From NCBI GenBank assembly GCA_964464375.1, contig CAYXFU010000005.1, positions 3,495 through 67,494 on the forward strand: a stretch of DNA of 64,000 bases. Reading direction: 5' to 3'. Below, one piece after another: positions 37,286-47,469 of the stretch. The notes under the pieces were generated by a model that worked only from the letters and a program-made list of their open reading frames with translations, searched no databases and had not been told where the DNA came from. The translations under genes were made by a program, and so were the position numbers. Positions within the stretch are counted from its first letter, which is position 1, and each line of letters starts with the position of its first letter. The DNA is from an uncultured Hyphomicrobiales bacterium (GTDB lineage Bacteria > Bacteroidota > Ignavibacteria > Kapaibacteriales > UBA2268).

Positions 37286-38236
37286 TTAATCTTCCCAGTT
37301 GATTCTTGTTTGATGAAGAAGCTGTGCTATCTTCTTGGCATCTTCCGGGGAGAAATTGTTTTTACCCAATTCTAAACTGTCTAAATGACCTAGATTTCTT
37401 ATAGAATCAGGTAAATTGGTTAGCTCATTACAACTGAGATCTAATTCCTCTAACTTTGTAAGATTGCCAATTGAATCAGGAATAACAGAAATTTCATTTT
37501 CGTGAATGAAAAATTTCTCAAGATTGACTAACTCACCAATACTATCCGGAATTTCGGTTAGGATATTCTGGAATAATCTCAATTTGGTGAGACCTTTCAT
37601 TTTACCGATTGATTCAGGAATCAAACTTAAATTATTTGTTTGTGCTTCGAGTTTTTCTAAACTTGTTAGGTTACAAATACTAGTGGGGAGTACCGATAGA
37701 TGATTGCTAGAAATTCTCAATTTAATAAGATTTGCAAGATTACCTATTGAATCAGGCAACGATGTTAGTTCATTGTCATTGAGAACAAGAATTTTGAGAT
37801 TGACCAACTTCCCAATACTACCGGACAAAGAAGTAAGTTTATTATGATTTAGACTCAAATCTACAAGATTACCCAATTTACCAATTGAATCAGGAACAGC
37901 TGATATTTCATTCCAGCTCAATACAAGGACTTTGAGATCAGAAAGTTCAGTAATTTCCTCTGGAAAATCAGTAAAGTTGTTACCACTAAGTTCAAGCTTT
38001 CTAAGTTTTGAGAGCTTTGAGATATGAGCTGGCACAGAACTAAGCTTATTATTGAGAAGATTCAATTCCAGTAGGTTTGAGAATTCAAACACTTGTTCAG
38101 GAATTTCAGTTAATTTTTTTAAATGTAAATCAAGTCGTAATACTTTTTGTGGATTCAGAAGTGCTTTGTCGATGGAATAGTATGTGTTTTCAGGAGCGAT
38201 AGCTCCTGATGGTTCTACAGGCAACTCGGTGTTCAT
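37286..38236 (-). CDS. leaderless (predicted cytoplasmic) leucine-rich repeat protein, ~11 LRR units
   Basis: No signal peptide (MNTELPVEPSGAIAPEN...). Repeats LxxLxxLxLxxNxLTxLPxSIGx. Non-LRR C-terminal cap NNFSPEDAKKIAQLLHQTRINWED. Confidence 0.8.
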   Translation of the reverse strand: MNTELPVEPSGAIAPENTYYSIDKALLNPQKVLRLDLHLKKLTEIPEQVFEFSNLLELNLLNNKLSSVPAHISKLSKLRKLELSGNNFTDFPEEITELSDLKVLVLSWNEISAVPDSIGKLGNLVDLSLNHNKLTSLSGSIGKLVNLKILVLNDNELTSLPDSIGNLANLIKLRISSNHLSVLPTSICNLTSLEKLEAQTNNLSLIPESIGKMKGLTKLRLFQNILTEIPDSIGELVNLEKFFIHENEISVIPDSIGNLTKLEELDLSCNELTNLPDSIRNLGHLDSLELGKNNFSPEDAKKIAQLLHQTRINWED

Positions 38237-38417
38237 TTGTACCTCCTTATTCGGTTTAAGCTATTATAATGATTAAAATTATTGAAACTTAATACGATGT
38301 TAATTCTATTTTATTATTGAATTAAATATTTCAAACAATTTAATAAAATCTTTAGTAATTTAAAGGAAATAATTCATAAAATTCAAAAAAACTTGCTAAA
38401 TTTATTTGGAATCGTAA

Positions 38418-40430
38418 ATGAAATTGATTTTTAACTTATTTATTTTTGTTCTTATTCATTGTCTATTCAATGAATCAACAGCTAAAATAGGCGATAAAAC
38501 TATTCTACCAATGTCAGTTGATATATCTTCACCAACTTTGCATCTGAATCAGGCATTTGATGTAATAAATTATTCTGCAGATATTGATTTGAGAAAAGCA
38601 CCATCAACTGAAATGACCGGAATCTCAAGAATAAAAGTATTCTGGAAGGATAATCCTGAAGTTAACTTATTTTATTTTCATTTGAGAAGCTTAATAGTTG
38701 ACTCCGTTTTTTATAATGGTTTTAAGGTTTCCACATCTGCCATTGAAACACCGGTTTCACCAATTTTTCATTATAGTATGGAGCCACCGCCAGGTTCACC
38801 ACAGGATACTGCAGTTATTAGTGTTTATTATCATGGCAATATGACAGCCGCTAATGGAGATAGTTTTGGAGGAGTTTTCTCTCAGGATAGTATTCTTTAT
38901 TCTATCGGTGTAGGTCTTCGCAATAACTACGTATCAGCAACCGAACATTGGCTTGCCTGCTACGATCATCCGTCAGACAAGGCTACTCTCGATTTTAGAT
39001 TCATCACTGATAATGGATTTGTTGTTGCTTCCAACGGATTACTTAAACTAGAGAAAACAACAATAGATAGTAAAGATTATGATGTATACCATTGGAAATC
39101 GGATATACAGACTGCGACATACTTAATGACATTTGCTTGCGGTAAATTTAAGGCTGTGAATTTTACCGGTTTTTACTATCCTATAGTTGTTTATTGCAGA
39201 CCTGGTGATACAAATGCTGTAAAATATACATTTCAAAAAGTACCAGAGATGGTAACTGCATTCCAGAACAGATTTGGAAAGTATTTATTCGAAAAAGTAG
39301 GATATGTTTTAACTCCAATGACCGGTGGAGCAATGGAGCATCAAACAATGATTACCATGCCCGAGCTTGAAATTAGAAAACTATTCAAATCAAAAGATAC
39401 AGTTAATATTACAGCGGCTCACGAGTTATCTCATGGTTGGTTTGGTAATTCTGTAACTCCATATGATTTCCGCGATGCCTGGCTGAATGAAGGCTTTGCG
39501 AAATTTGCTGAAACAACATGGCTTGAGGAAGTGAATGGGTATAATAGCTATCTGACTGGAATCACGAAAGCTATTAATAATTATATAATGACTGATATGT
39601 CTAATGAAGGTACATTTCCTTTATATGATTTTCCACATAATGCTCCATCTTCGAACTATCCATTTACAATATACGATAAAGGATGTGTAGTAACAGCAAT
39701 GCTTAGGTATTACCTTGGAGACGATGAATTCTATTCTGCAATGATGAATTACCTCGATTATTACGCATTTCGTAATAGTACCACTGATTCATTAGAGAAA
39801 TATTTGGAGGAATTCACCGGACAAAATCTTAGCTGGTTCTTTGATCAATGGGTCTATAAGAAGGGTTTTCCTATTATTGATGTGCAGATTTACAAAAGTC
39901 AATCCCAAGTAAATGGATTATTCAAAGCAGAAATAAAAATTACCCAGGTTCAGCCCGGTGATTATGGAGTATATACTAATCTTCCTGTGGAGATAACTTT
40001 CAATCCAGTTAATGGTGCAGCCAAAAGTGTTATATATAATATGACAAATAAAGAGCAAACATTTTATTCAGATTCTCTACCAGATTTTATTTCAGTTTTA
40101 GTAAACAAAGGTCCTACCGTCAGGACTTTAATAAAGTTGAAAAATCTGACTACTTCTTTGCATGAAAAAGAAGATACAGCTGAGGAAATTAATTTTTATC
40201 CAAATCCTGTAACAAACATAATAAATCTGCTTATTAAGGGTATATCTCATAATCTGAATTATTCGATTGTAAATCTTGACGGTACAGAGTTGTTAAAAGG
40301 CACAATAGAAGCCGATGATAGCGGTACCATCACTAAAAAGTTTATCGTTGAAGATTTTGCTGTTGGTAATTATTATCTAAAATTAGAAGGTAATAATTTC
40401 TTTAGAATTTTAAATTTTATTAAGTTGTAA
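38418..40430 (+). CDS. M1-family (gluzincin) aminopeptidase with T9SS C-terminal sorting domain
   Basis: Signal peptide, GAMEH (GAMEN variant), HELSHGWFGNSVT...WLNEGFAKF (HExxH-x18-E), and C-terminal T9SS CTD (INFYPNPVTNIINLLIKG...YYLKLEGNNFFRILNFIKL). Confidence 0.85.
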   Translation: MKLIFNLFIFVLIHCLFNESTAKIGDKTILPMSVDISSPTLHLNQAFDVINYSADIDLRKAPSTEMTGISRIKVFWKDNPEVNLFYFHLRSLIVDSVFYNGFKVSTSAIETPVSPIFHYSMEPPPGSPQDTAVISVYYHGNMTAANGDSFGGVFSQDSILYSIGVGLRNNYVSATEHWLACYDHPSDKATLDFRFITDNGFVVASNGLLKLEKTTIDSKDYDVYHWKSDIQTATYLMTFACGKFKAVNFTGFYYPIVVYCRPGDTNAVKYTFQKVPEMVTAFQNRFGKYLFEKVGYVLTPMTGGAMEHQTMITMPELEIRKLFKSKDTVNITAAHELSHGWFGNSVTPYDFRDAWLNEGFAKFAETTWLEEVNGYNSYLTGITKAINNYIMTDMSNEGTFPLYDFPHNAPSSNYPFTIYDKGCVVTAMLRYYLGDDEFYSAMMNYLDYYAFRNSTTDSLEKYLEEFTGQNLSWFFDQWVYKKGFPIIDVQIYKSQSQVNGLFKAEIKITQVQPGDYGVYTNLPVEITFNPVNGAAKSVIYNMTNKEQTFYSDSLPDFISVLVNKGPTVRTLIKLKNLTTSLHEKEDTAEEINFYPNPVTNIINLLIKGISHNLNYSIVNLDGTELLKGTIEADDSGTITKKFIVEDFAVGNYYLKLEGNNFFRILNFIKL

Positions 40431-40443
40431 CTCAAGGGTATAT

Positions 40444-41172
40444 ATGGAAAATAGACTTTTAGAAGTTCACGAACTCGAACAGAATTGGGATTATATACAG
40501 GATAGAATTGAAACCGCTGCAAAGAAGGCTGGAAGGAACCTTTCAGATATTCAAGTTATTGCTGTTTCTAAGTCACATCCCCCTGAACTTCTGGAAAAAG
40601 CTTTGAAGGCTGGCATAAAAGTATTTGGCGAAAATTATGCTCAGGAAATCAGGAATAAAAACGAAGCACTTTCTCTTTATCAAAACAAGATTATTTGGCA
40701 TTTCATCGGTCATCTTCAATCAAATAAAATTAAGTATATTTGTCCCTTTATAGATACTATTCAATCAGTCGATACGATTGAACTTGCACAAGAGATATCT
40801 AATTATGCCGAAAAACATGAAAGAGATATTAATATCCTCCTTCAGGTAAACACATCTGGTGAGATTCAGAAATCCGGTTGTTCACCTGAAGATGTTTTTG
40901 ATTTAGCAGAGAAAGCCAATGTATTGCCAAATTTGAAAATAAAAGGGATTATGACTATCGGATCATTTTCTGAGAATGAAATAAAGGTCAGGTCTGAATT
41001 TGCTTTGCTCAGATCTACATTGGAGAGATTAAATGTGAAATTTCCAAGTCTGGAATTAAAGGAATTATCTATGGGTATGTCTGGGGATTATCATTGGGCA
41101 GTGCAGGATGGGGCAACAATGCTCAGAATTGGGACAGCTATATTTGGACACAGAATTTATAATGAGGATTAA
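40444..41172 (+). CDS. yggS: YggS-family pyridoxal phosphate homeostasis protein
   Basis: VIAVSKSHPPELLEKALKAGIKVFGENYAQE with PLP-lysine, and overall alanine racemase N-domain-like fold. Length 242 aa. Confidence 0.85.
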   Translation: MENRLLEVHELEQNWDYIQDRIETAAKKAGRNLSDIQVIAVSKSHPPELLEKALKAGIKVFGENYAQEIRNKNEALSLYQNKIIWHFIGHLQSNKIKYICPFIDTIQSVDTIELAQEISNYAEKHERDINILLQVNTSGEIQKSGCSPEDVFDLAEKANVLPNLKIKGIMTIGSFSENEIKVRSEFALLRSTLERLNVKFPSLELKELSMGMSGDYHWAVQDGATMLRIGTAIFGHRIYNED

Positions 41173-41181
41173 GATAAAATA

Positions 41182-42009
41182 ATGAATCAGTCAGATTTAC
41201 AAAGAAAAGTTAAAGAAGCATTAGGTGCCATTTCAGCCAGAACAGAACAGAAACCCTCAATAGGTATTATTCTTGGCACTGGTCTTGGTGATTTAGCACA
41301 TCATATTGAACCAATAGAAATTATACCATACGATGAAATTCCAAATTTCCCAATATCTACCGTAGAATTTCACTCCGGTCAATTTATTATTGGAAAATTG
41401 AGTGGTAAAATTGTTGTTGCTATGCAGGGCAGATTCCATCATTATGAAGGTTATTCACTCCAGGAAGTGACTTTCCCGATTAGGGTGATGCATCAGATGG
41501 GAGTCGAAACTCTGATTATCTCTAATGCATGCGGATCTATGAATCCCAATATGCCCAAAAAGAGCATTATGATTATAGAAGATCATATTAATCTTTTAGG
41601 AGCAAATCCTCTGACAGGCATTAATGATGATTCATTCGGTCCTCGTTTTGTTGATTTGAGCGAACCATATTCTGCTAGATTGATAAGTTTGGTTGAGAAA
41701 ATAGCAAAAACTAAAAATATTAATATTAACAAAGGCGTCTATTGTGCTATGATGGGTCCGAGCCTTGAAACAAGAGCAGAATACAGGATGATGAAGATCA
41801 TAGGTGCTGACGTTGTGGGTATGAGTACTGTTCCTGAATGTATTGTGGCTAGGCAAATGGGTATGGAAGTTCTAGGATTATCAATAATAACAGATGACTG
41901 TGATCCAGAAAATTTGAAGGCTGTTAATATTGATGAAATCATTGCAAACGCAATTAGTGCTGAACCTGATTTAACAACAATAGTAAAATCTTTGGTAGAA
42001 AAACTTTGA
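41182..42009 (+). CDS. punA: purine nucleoside phosphorylase (trimeric PNP family I)
   Basis: IGIILGTGLG, GRFHHYEGY, GVETLIISNACGS, MMGPSLETRAEYRMMKIIGADVVGMSTVPE. Confidence 0.88.
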   Translation: MNQSDLQRKVKEALGAISARTEQKPSIGIILGTGLGDLAHHIEPIEIIPYDEIPNFPISTVEFHSGQFIIGKLSGKIVVAMQGRFHHYEGYSLQEVTFPIRVMHQMGVETLIISNACGSMNPNMPKKSIMIIEDHINLLGANPLTGINDDSFGPRFVDLSEPYSARLISLVEKIAKTKNININKGVYCAMMGPSLETRAEYRMMKIIGADVVGMSTVPECIVARQMGMEVLGLSIITDDCDPENLKAVNIDEIIANAISAEPDLTTIVKSLVEKL

Positions 42010-43046
42010 AAAAATACTTTAAAATATTGCTTATTATCTTGCTAGGAATCTCAACATTATCTTGTGCTAATGAAAAGATTGTTGAAAACACTCAGGACAG
42101 CTGGAAAGTTCTGATTTCAATTAAAAATCCAACACCTGTACTTGCTTTATATGAATATCCATCTGGAAAAGTTCTATCACAGGATGTCTATTTAGAAAAT
42201 AATGGCTCTTCCCTCTCTTCTGTTCCCGAAAAGATGGCAGAATATGCAAATGCTATATTTCTTATCTTTACTGATGGTAAAAAGATTGTTTCTTTGAACT
42301 CAAAGTCATTCAAGACTAATGGAGAATTAGATTTTTCAGGCACCAACAAATCGCCAATTAGTATGTGCTTTGCTAATGCCACAACAGCTTATATCATCTA
42401 TAAAAACGATTCAATAGTTGATGTTTTAGATTTAACTGTATTTAAAATATCCAGATCAGTCAATATTGGTAAGATTACCACAGCTATTGCCTGCTATGGT
42501 AACCGGATTGCTATTGTTAACGGACCAAGCAATACAGTTACTATCATGGCAACCAATGATAATTCTGTCATAGGGAGTATAAATGTAGAGCCTTATCCAT
42601 GTTTGGTTGATTTTACAGCCGACGGTGCGAAAGCTGTCGTAATCTCAGCTGGAAATGGCAAATTTGATAGTACTGCAAAGTCGAATGCAGTTGCTCAAAC
42701 TATTGATTACAATCTAATGCAGCCTCTGGAAAAGATAGATCTTGGAATAGGAATAGTAAAATCTATCGAGCAAATTCCTCAATCTATGGCTACTAATGCC
42801 AAGATTTACTGCTTTGTCGGGACACAGCAGTATTTGTTAAGATATATAACACGTACAGGTAATCAGATTTCAAGAATAGACAACGGGAACTATCTATCTG
42901 TAATTTATAATTTCAAAAGAGAAGAAATGATTTACGTGAAACAAACTGGTACTACATTTCAACTTAAAACATCTGATCCTTCTACTTCTGAAATAAAAGC
43001 CACTTACACTTTACCTTCAGGCTATGTTGCTTTATTACCATTATAA
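42006..43046 (+). CDS. lipoprotein with YVTN-type beta-propeller-like repeats (TTG start overlapping PNP stop)
   Basis: Signal/lipobox LSC. Repeated segments of the form v.vid..t..v.g.i.vg..P..v.f..dG.ka.v. Confidence 0.55.
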   Translation: MKKYFKILLIILLGISTLSCANEKIVENTQDSWKVLISIKNPTPVLALYEYPSGKVLSQDVYLENNGSSLSSVPEKMAEYANAIFLIFTDGKKIVSLNSKSFKTNGELDFSGTNKSPISMCFANATTAYIIYKNDSIVDVLDLTVFKISRSVNIGKITTAIACYGNRIAIVNGPSNTVTIMATNDNSVIGSINVEPYPCLVDFTADGAKAVVISAGNGKFDSTAKSNAVAQTIDYNLMQPLEKIDLGIGIVKSIEQIPQSMATNAKIYCFVGTQQYLLRYITRTGNQISRIDNGNYLSVIYNFKREEMIYVKQTGTTFQLKTSDPSTSEIKATYTLPSGYVALLPL

Positions 43047-43052
43047 AATCCT

Positions 43053-44735
43053 ATGAACATTAAGTCAGTACTCCCGATTAATCTTGAATCCTTGATTGAG
43101 TTAAGCGCAAGACTTAATGAGACTCATGATTTAGCGTTCATTTTGAATGCTGCATTATTAAGTTTGATGGGAAAGCTTAAGGTTTTTAGTGGTTGCGTTC
43201 TTATTCCCGATGAAGAAAAAAATGAATTCAAAACTATTATCTGCAAGGGTAAACTTTCGTTTAATAAGGCTGAATTCATGAAGATTCAAGAGTTCAGAGC
43301 AGTGGATAGTTCTCCCAATGATAATTACTATTATGAAAATGGTGTTCGATATTTTAGCCCCATTGTCTATCAAAATGAGATGATTGCTTTAATCTGTTTA
43401 GGCAAAAGATTAGTCAATGGAGAATTCACAAAGACCGAAGTTCACTATGCAAATCTAGTATCATCTATTACAGCTAATGCTCTTCAGAATGCCAAGAATC
43501 ACCTGACTCTGTTGGAGACTAAGAACAAAGTAGAGCAACGCAATCTGATGCTCTCCTCTCTATTTGAGATTAGCAGAGATTTCTCTATGCTGCTGTCACG
43601 GAACCAGATTACCAAGATGCTCTCTTATAGATTGATGGGTCAGCTCATGGTGAGTAAATTTGCTGTTTATCTGATGAATGAAAATTACGGTTATCTTCCA
43701 CTGTTAAACAGATTTGAAAAGGAAATTGATTCTGGAATTTTCGATGACATCGATATTGATAGCATCCGATTTGTTAAGGAAATGGAATTCACTGAAACTA
43801 ATATTGAAATGATGAAATCAATCGGTATTGAACTGATTTCCCCTATGATCAATCAGGGACTTGTGAAGGGTTACCTTTTAATTGGACATAAAATGTCCGG
43901 TGAGGTAGTTACAAATGAGAACCTGTCATTTGCCGAGGCATTGGGCAATACAGCTCTTTTTGCACTGGAAAACGAAAGACTATTCCTCGAAGAGCTGGAA
44001 AAGAAACGTTTGGAAAGTGAAATGAATCTTGCCCTTGATATTCAAAAGCGTCTTCTTCCGAAATCAGCTCCAATTATTGAAGGATATGATGTATCAGGGT
44101 TGACTGTTCCTTCAAGGCATGTTGGCGGTGATTATTATGATTTTATTAAACTTCCCAATGGGGAAACACTATTCGTAATAGCTGATGTTTCCGGCAAGGG
44201 AATGCCTGCATCACTCATTATGGCTAATCTTCAGGCGGCACTTAAAGTACTTTGCCCATTAGGTTTGAGTTTGAATCAGCTGATATTAAATCTAAATAAT
44301 GTAGTTTATCAAAATACTTCTGCCGATAAATTTGTTACTTTGTTCTGTGGGATTCTTAATCCTAATGAGCATACATTCCATTACATTAACGCAGGTCACA
44401 ATCCACCATTATTGATTAATGAGGATGGAAAGCTTAATACCCTGTCAGAGGGTGGATTAATTCTCGGAATAGTAGATTATGAATATCCTTATGAGGATAC
44501 AACAATTGTACTCTCAGCAGGCGATTTAATCCTGATGTACACAGATGGAGTTACTGAAGCCAAATCAAAGGATGACGATGAATACGGAGAAGGAAGATTG
44601 GAAAATTTTGGAGTATCTAATCGGAATCTAAAAGCCAGTGAACTTACAGATGCAATTTATCATGACCTTCAGCATTTTTTCACCGGTGCGATTCAATCGG
44701 ACGATATTACATTGACTGTACTAAAGAGACTTTAA
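43053..44735 (+). CDS. GAF-domain-containing PP2C-type serine phosphatase (SpoIIE/RsbU family)
   Basis: N-terminal GAF-like region. C-terminal DIQKRLLPK...HVGGDYYDF...FVIADVSGKGMPASLIMANL...GHNPPLL is characteristic of RsbU/SpoIIE. Confidence 0.85.
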   Translation: MNIKSVLPINLESLIELSARLNETHDLAFILNAALLSLMGKLKVFSGCVLIPDEEKNEFKTIICKGKLSFNKAEFMKIQEFRAVDSSPNDNYYYENGVRYFSPIVYQNEMIALICLGKRLVNGEFTKTEVHYANLVSSITANALQNAKNHLTLLETKNKVEQRNLMLSSLFEISRDFSMLLSRNQITKMLSYRLMGQLMVSKFAVYLMNENYGYLPLLNRFEKEIDSGIFDDIDIDSIRFVKEMEFTETNIEMMKSIGIELISPMINQGLVKGYLLIGHKMSGEVVTNENLSFAEALGNTALFALENERLFLEELEKKRLESEMNLALDIQKRLLPKSAPIIEGYDVSGLTVPSRHVGGDYYDFIKLPNGETLFVIADVSGKGMPASLIMANLQAALKVLCPLGLSLNQLILNLNNVVYQNTSADKFVTLFCGILNPNEHTFHYINAGHNPPLLINEDGKLNTLSEGGLILGIVDYEYPYEDTTIVLSAGDLILMYTDGVTEAKSKDDDEYGEGRLENFGVSNRNLKASELTDAIYHDLQHFFTGAIQSDDITLTVLKRL

Positions 44736-44756
44736 ATTTACATTCAGAACGCAAAA

Positions 44757-44793
44757 AACTGGGCTGTCCAACTTTTGAATCAGCCCAGTTTTT
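44757..44793. terminator. bidirectional rho-independent terminator (AACTGGGCTG...CAGCCCAGTT + T5, A6 upstream)
   Basis: 10-bp stem between convergent genes. Confidence 0.65.
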
Positions 44794-44809
44794 AATAATT
44801 TTTATTATA

Positions 44810-45283
44810 TTAATTTGCTTGGGTTTTGAATTTGAAAATGAAATTAACATTTTCCCATTTAAATTCGATATCTCTTTCAAGAATATTTCCGACACTGTCA
44901 ATCTGATTGCAAAGTACTGTATCAAAAGGGGCATCTTTTGATTTAAGCATGACAAAAATAAACTTTACATCTGAATCAACCGGATGAACTTCAATTTGAT
45001 CGTGAGCTTTATAGTCGCGATAGAAAAATCCATATTTGGGTAAATTGGGTTGAATTGAGTATTTATCCTGAACATATTGCTCTAGCTTAATTGTAATAAT
45101 TAGATTATAAAGTGATTCGCATATAGATTCAACTTCTTCAAATTCTTCATAGTTTTGATATTTAACCTGGGCTTTTTCGAGTTCAGGCGCTATTGACATC
45201 AATGCATCTTTATAAAGATTCATGAGCTTATTTATCGCCAAAACTACGTGCTTTGTCTCTTCTTCTTTTACGTTTTTGGGCAT
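44810..45283 (-). CDS. hypothetical cytoplasmic protein
   Basis: 157-aa ORF, no recognisable motif. Divergent from ffh. Confidence 0.5.
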   Translation of the reverse strand: MPKNVKEEETKHVVLAINKLMNLYKDALMSIAPELEKAQVKYQNYEEFEEVESICESLYNLIITIKLEQYVQDKYSIQPNLPKYGFFYRDYKAHDQIEVHPVDSDVKFIFVMLKSKDAPFDTVLCNQIDSVGNILERDIEFKWENVNFIFKFKTQAN

Positions 45284-45465
45284 AAATCAATCCTAAATTT
45301 AATTATATTTCATTTTTTTAAAATCAAATATAAGGAAAAAAAATCTTATAGCTTAATTGAATTTAAATTTGGCTCAATATTTTTTTTTGATAAATTCCTT
45401 TATTATTTTGGACATATAGAATAAAAGCTTTAATTTTGTTGTTCGGATAATTTCATTATTACAAT

Positions 45466-46803
45466 ATGTTTGAGAATTTACAAGACAAATTAGAGCACGC
45501 GCTAAAGCGTTTCCGCGGTCAGGCAACCATTAGCGAAGAGAATATTGATGAAGCATTGCGAGAGATTCGCCGTGCTTTGATTGAAGCTGACGTTAATCTA
45601 AACGTAACCAATAAATTCGTTGAGGATGTAAAGTCCAAGGCTATCGGTACTGAAGTAAAGGGAAAGCTTCTTCCTGAGCAATTAATCGTAAAAATTGTGC
45701 ACGAAGAACTTGTTGAACTGCTTGGAAGTAAGCAAAGTGATCTTCAATTTGCATCCCATCCACCGACAGTAATCATGGTTGCTGGTTTACAAGGATCAGG
45801 TAAGACCACTTTTTGCGCTAAATTAGCTAAAAATTTACGTAAGAAAGGTCGTCAGCCCCTTCTTGTTGCATGCGATGTACACCGTCCTGCAGCTATTGAA
45901 CAGCTAAAACAGCTTGGGCAAACCATCAATCTTCCGGTTTTTGCTACTGATGAGAAAAACCCAGTCAAGATCGCAAGTGATGCTATTATTTACGCAAAGA
46001 AATTTGCACGCGATGTTGTTATAATTGATACAGCCGGTCGTTTGACTATCGATCAGGAGATGATGAAAGAGGTTCAGGATATCAGCAATGCTGTTAATCC
46101 TAACGAAACACTCTTTGTGTGTGATGCTATGATTGGTCAGGATGCTGTAACAACTGCAAAAGCCTTTCATGAAATATTAAGTCTAACAGGTGTTGTTCTA
46201 ACTAAATTAGATGGCGACACAAGAGGTGGTGCGGCTTTATCAGTAATGAATGTAGTCGGAAAACCTATTAAATTTGTTGGTACCGGTGAGAAGGTAGATG
46301 CTTTAGAGCCTTTCCATCCTGAAAGAATTGCTTCAAGAATTCTTGGTATGGGTGATATTCTCACTCTTGTTGAAAAAGCAGAACAGCAACTCGATGAAGA
46401 TCAGGCAAAAAAACTTGAAGAAAAAATTAAAAAGAATGAATTTTCATTCGAGGATTTTCTAGAACAGCTTAGAACTATCCGTAAAATGGGATCGTTAAAA
46501 GATCTTTTGGGGCTTATTCCAGGCATGGATAAAGCAATGAGGAATGTCAATATTGATGATGGTGCTTTCAACAAAGTTGAAGCAGTTATTTTATCTATGA
46601 CTAAATTCGAACGTGAAAATCCAAAATTGCTTAATGGTTCAAGAAGAAAAAGAATTGCAGATGGTAGTGGCACAACCGTCCAGGATGTTAACAGATTGAT
46701 TAAGCAGTTCGACGACATGACAAAAATGATGAAGAATGTATCCCGGGGCGGAAAATCCAGATTTCTTAAATCATTTGGATTGCCACAGAATCTAGGGATG
46801 TAA
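45466..46803 (+). CDS. ffh: signal recognition particle protein Ffh
   Basis: N-domain, G-domain (GLQGSGKTT, DTAGR, TKLDGD) and Met-rich M-domain. Confidence 0.93.
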   Translation: MFENLQDKLEHALKRFRGQATISEENIDEALREIRRALIEADVNLNVTNKFVEDVKSKAIGTEVKGKLLPEQLIVKIVHEELVELLGSKQSDLQFASHPPTVIMVAGLQGSGKTTFCAKLAKNLRKKGRQPLLVACDVHRPAAIEQLKQLGQTINLPVFATDEKNPVKIASDAIIYAKKFARDVVIIDTAGRLTIDQEMMKEVQDISNAVNPNETLFVCDAMIGQDAVTTAKAFHEILSLTGVVLTKLDGDTRGGAALSVMNVVGKPIKFVGTGEKVDALEPFHPERIASRILGMGDILTLVEKAEQQLDEDQAKKLEEKIKKNEFSFEDFLEQLRTIRKMGSLKDLLGLIPGMDKAMRNVNIDDGAFNKVEAVILSMTKFERENPKLLNGSRRKRIADGSGTTVQDVNRLIKQFDDMTKMMKNVSRGGKSRFLKSFGLPQNLGM

Positions 46804-46855
46804 CAAATATTGAATATTCAATTAATTTTATATATTTATTTTAGGAATTTTTAAA

Positions 46856-47308
46856 ATGGTTAAACTTCGTTTACGCAGAAAAGGCAGAACACATTATCCA
46901 GTCTATGATATCATTGCCGTTGATTCAAGAAAAAAACGCGACGGTGATTTCTTGGAAAGACTCGGATATTATGATCCACATTCACAGCCTTCAACGATTT
47001 CAGTTGACCCGACAAGAGCAATTTATTGGCTTAATGTTGGTGCTCAGCCCACAGATCTAGTTCGTGAACTTTTAAGCTATGAGGGAGTTCTTCTTCGTAG
47101 AACTTTAGAATTCAAAGGGAAAACAGCTGAGGAAATTGAGAATGAAATTGAAAAGCATAAAGTAGTTGCTCATGATAGATATTTCCGCCGCTTAGAACTT
47201 CGCAAGAAGAGAGAAGAAGCGAAAATTAAAGCTAAAGCTGATGCTGAAGCAGCAGCTGCCGCTGAAGCAGCGAAACCAGCAGAAGCACCTGCAGTAGCAG
47301 AAGCTTAA
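46856..47308 (+). CDS. rpsP: 30S ribosomal protein S16 with Ala/Glu-rich C-terminal extension
   Basis: MVKLRLRRKGRTHYPVYDIIAVDSRKKRDG. The tail is KAKADAEAAAAAEAAKPAEAPAVAEA. Confidence 0.9.
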   Translation: MVKLRLRRKGRTHYPVYDIIAVDSRKKRDGDFLERLGYYDPHSQPSTISVDPTRAIYWLNVGAQPTDLVRELLSYEGVLLRRTLEFKGKTAEEIENEIEKHKVVAHDRYFRRLELRKKREEAKIKAKADAEAAAAAEAAKPAEAPAVAEA

Positions 47309-47330
47309 TTTTGTTTTAAAATTTGATCAA

Positions 47331-47361
47331 AAGGGTTGTCTCATAAGACAACCCTTTTTTG
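47331..47361. terminator. bidirectional rho-independent terminator (GGGTTGTCT-cataa-GACAACCC + T6; A-run upstream)
   Basis: Perfect stem-loop between rpsP (+) and glgP (-). Confidence 0.65.
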
Positions 47362-47469
47362 GTTTATCGACATTCAGTGAAATCGGGTGCCTAAGTCCTG
47401 AGAAGAAGATCATGTTTGCATAAAGGACCTAGTTTTATTCGCTTCGTTTCAATTTTTTTTTATTCTTAC

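Noticed and set aside
46856-47308. Long S16 (150 aa) as a gene fusion
   Set aside because: The extra C-terminal region is a low-complexity Ala/Glu/Lys tail, consistent with extended S16 variants known in some bacterial phyla rather than a fused second gene.
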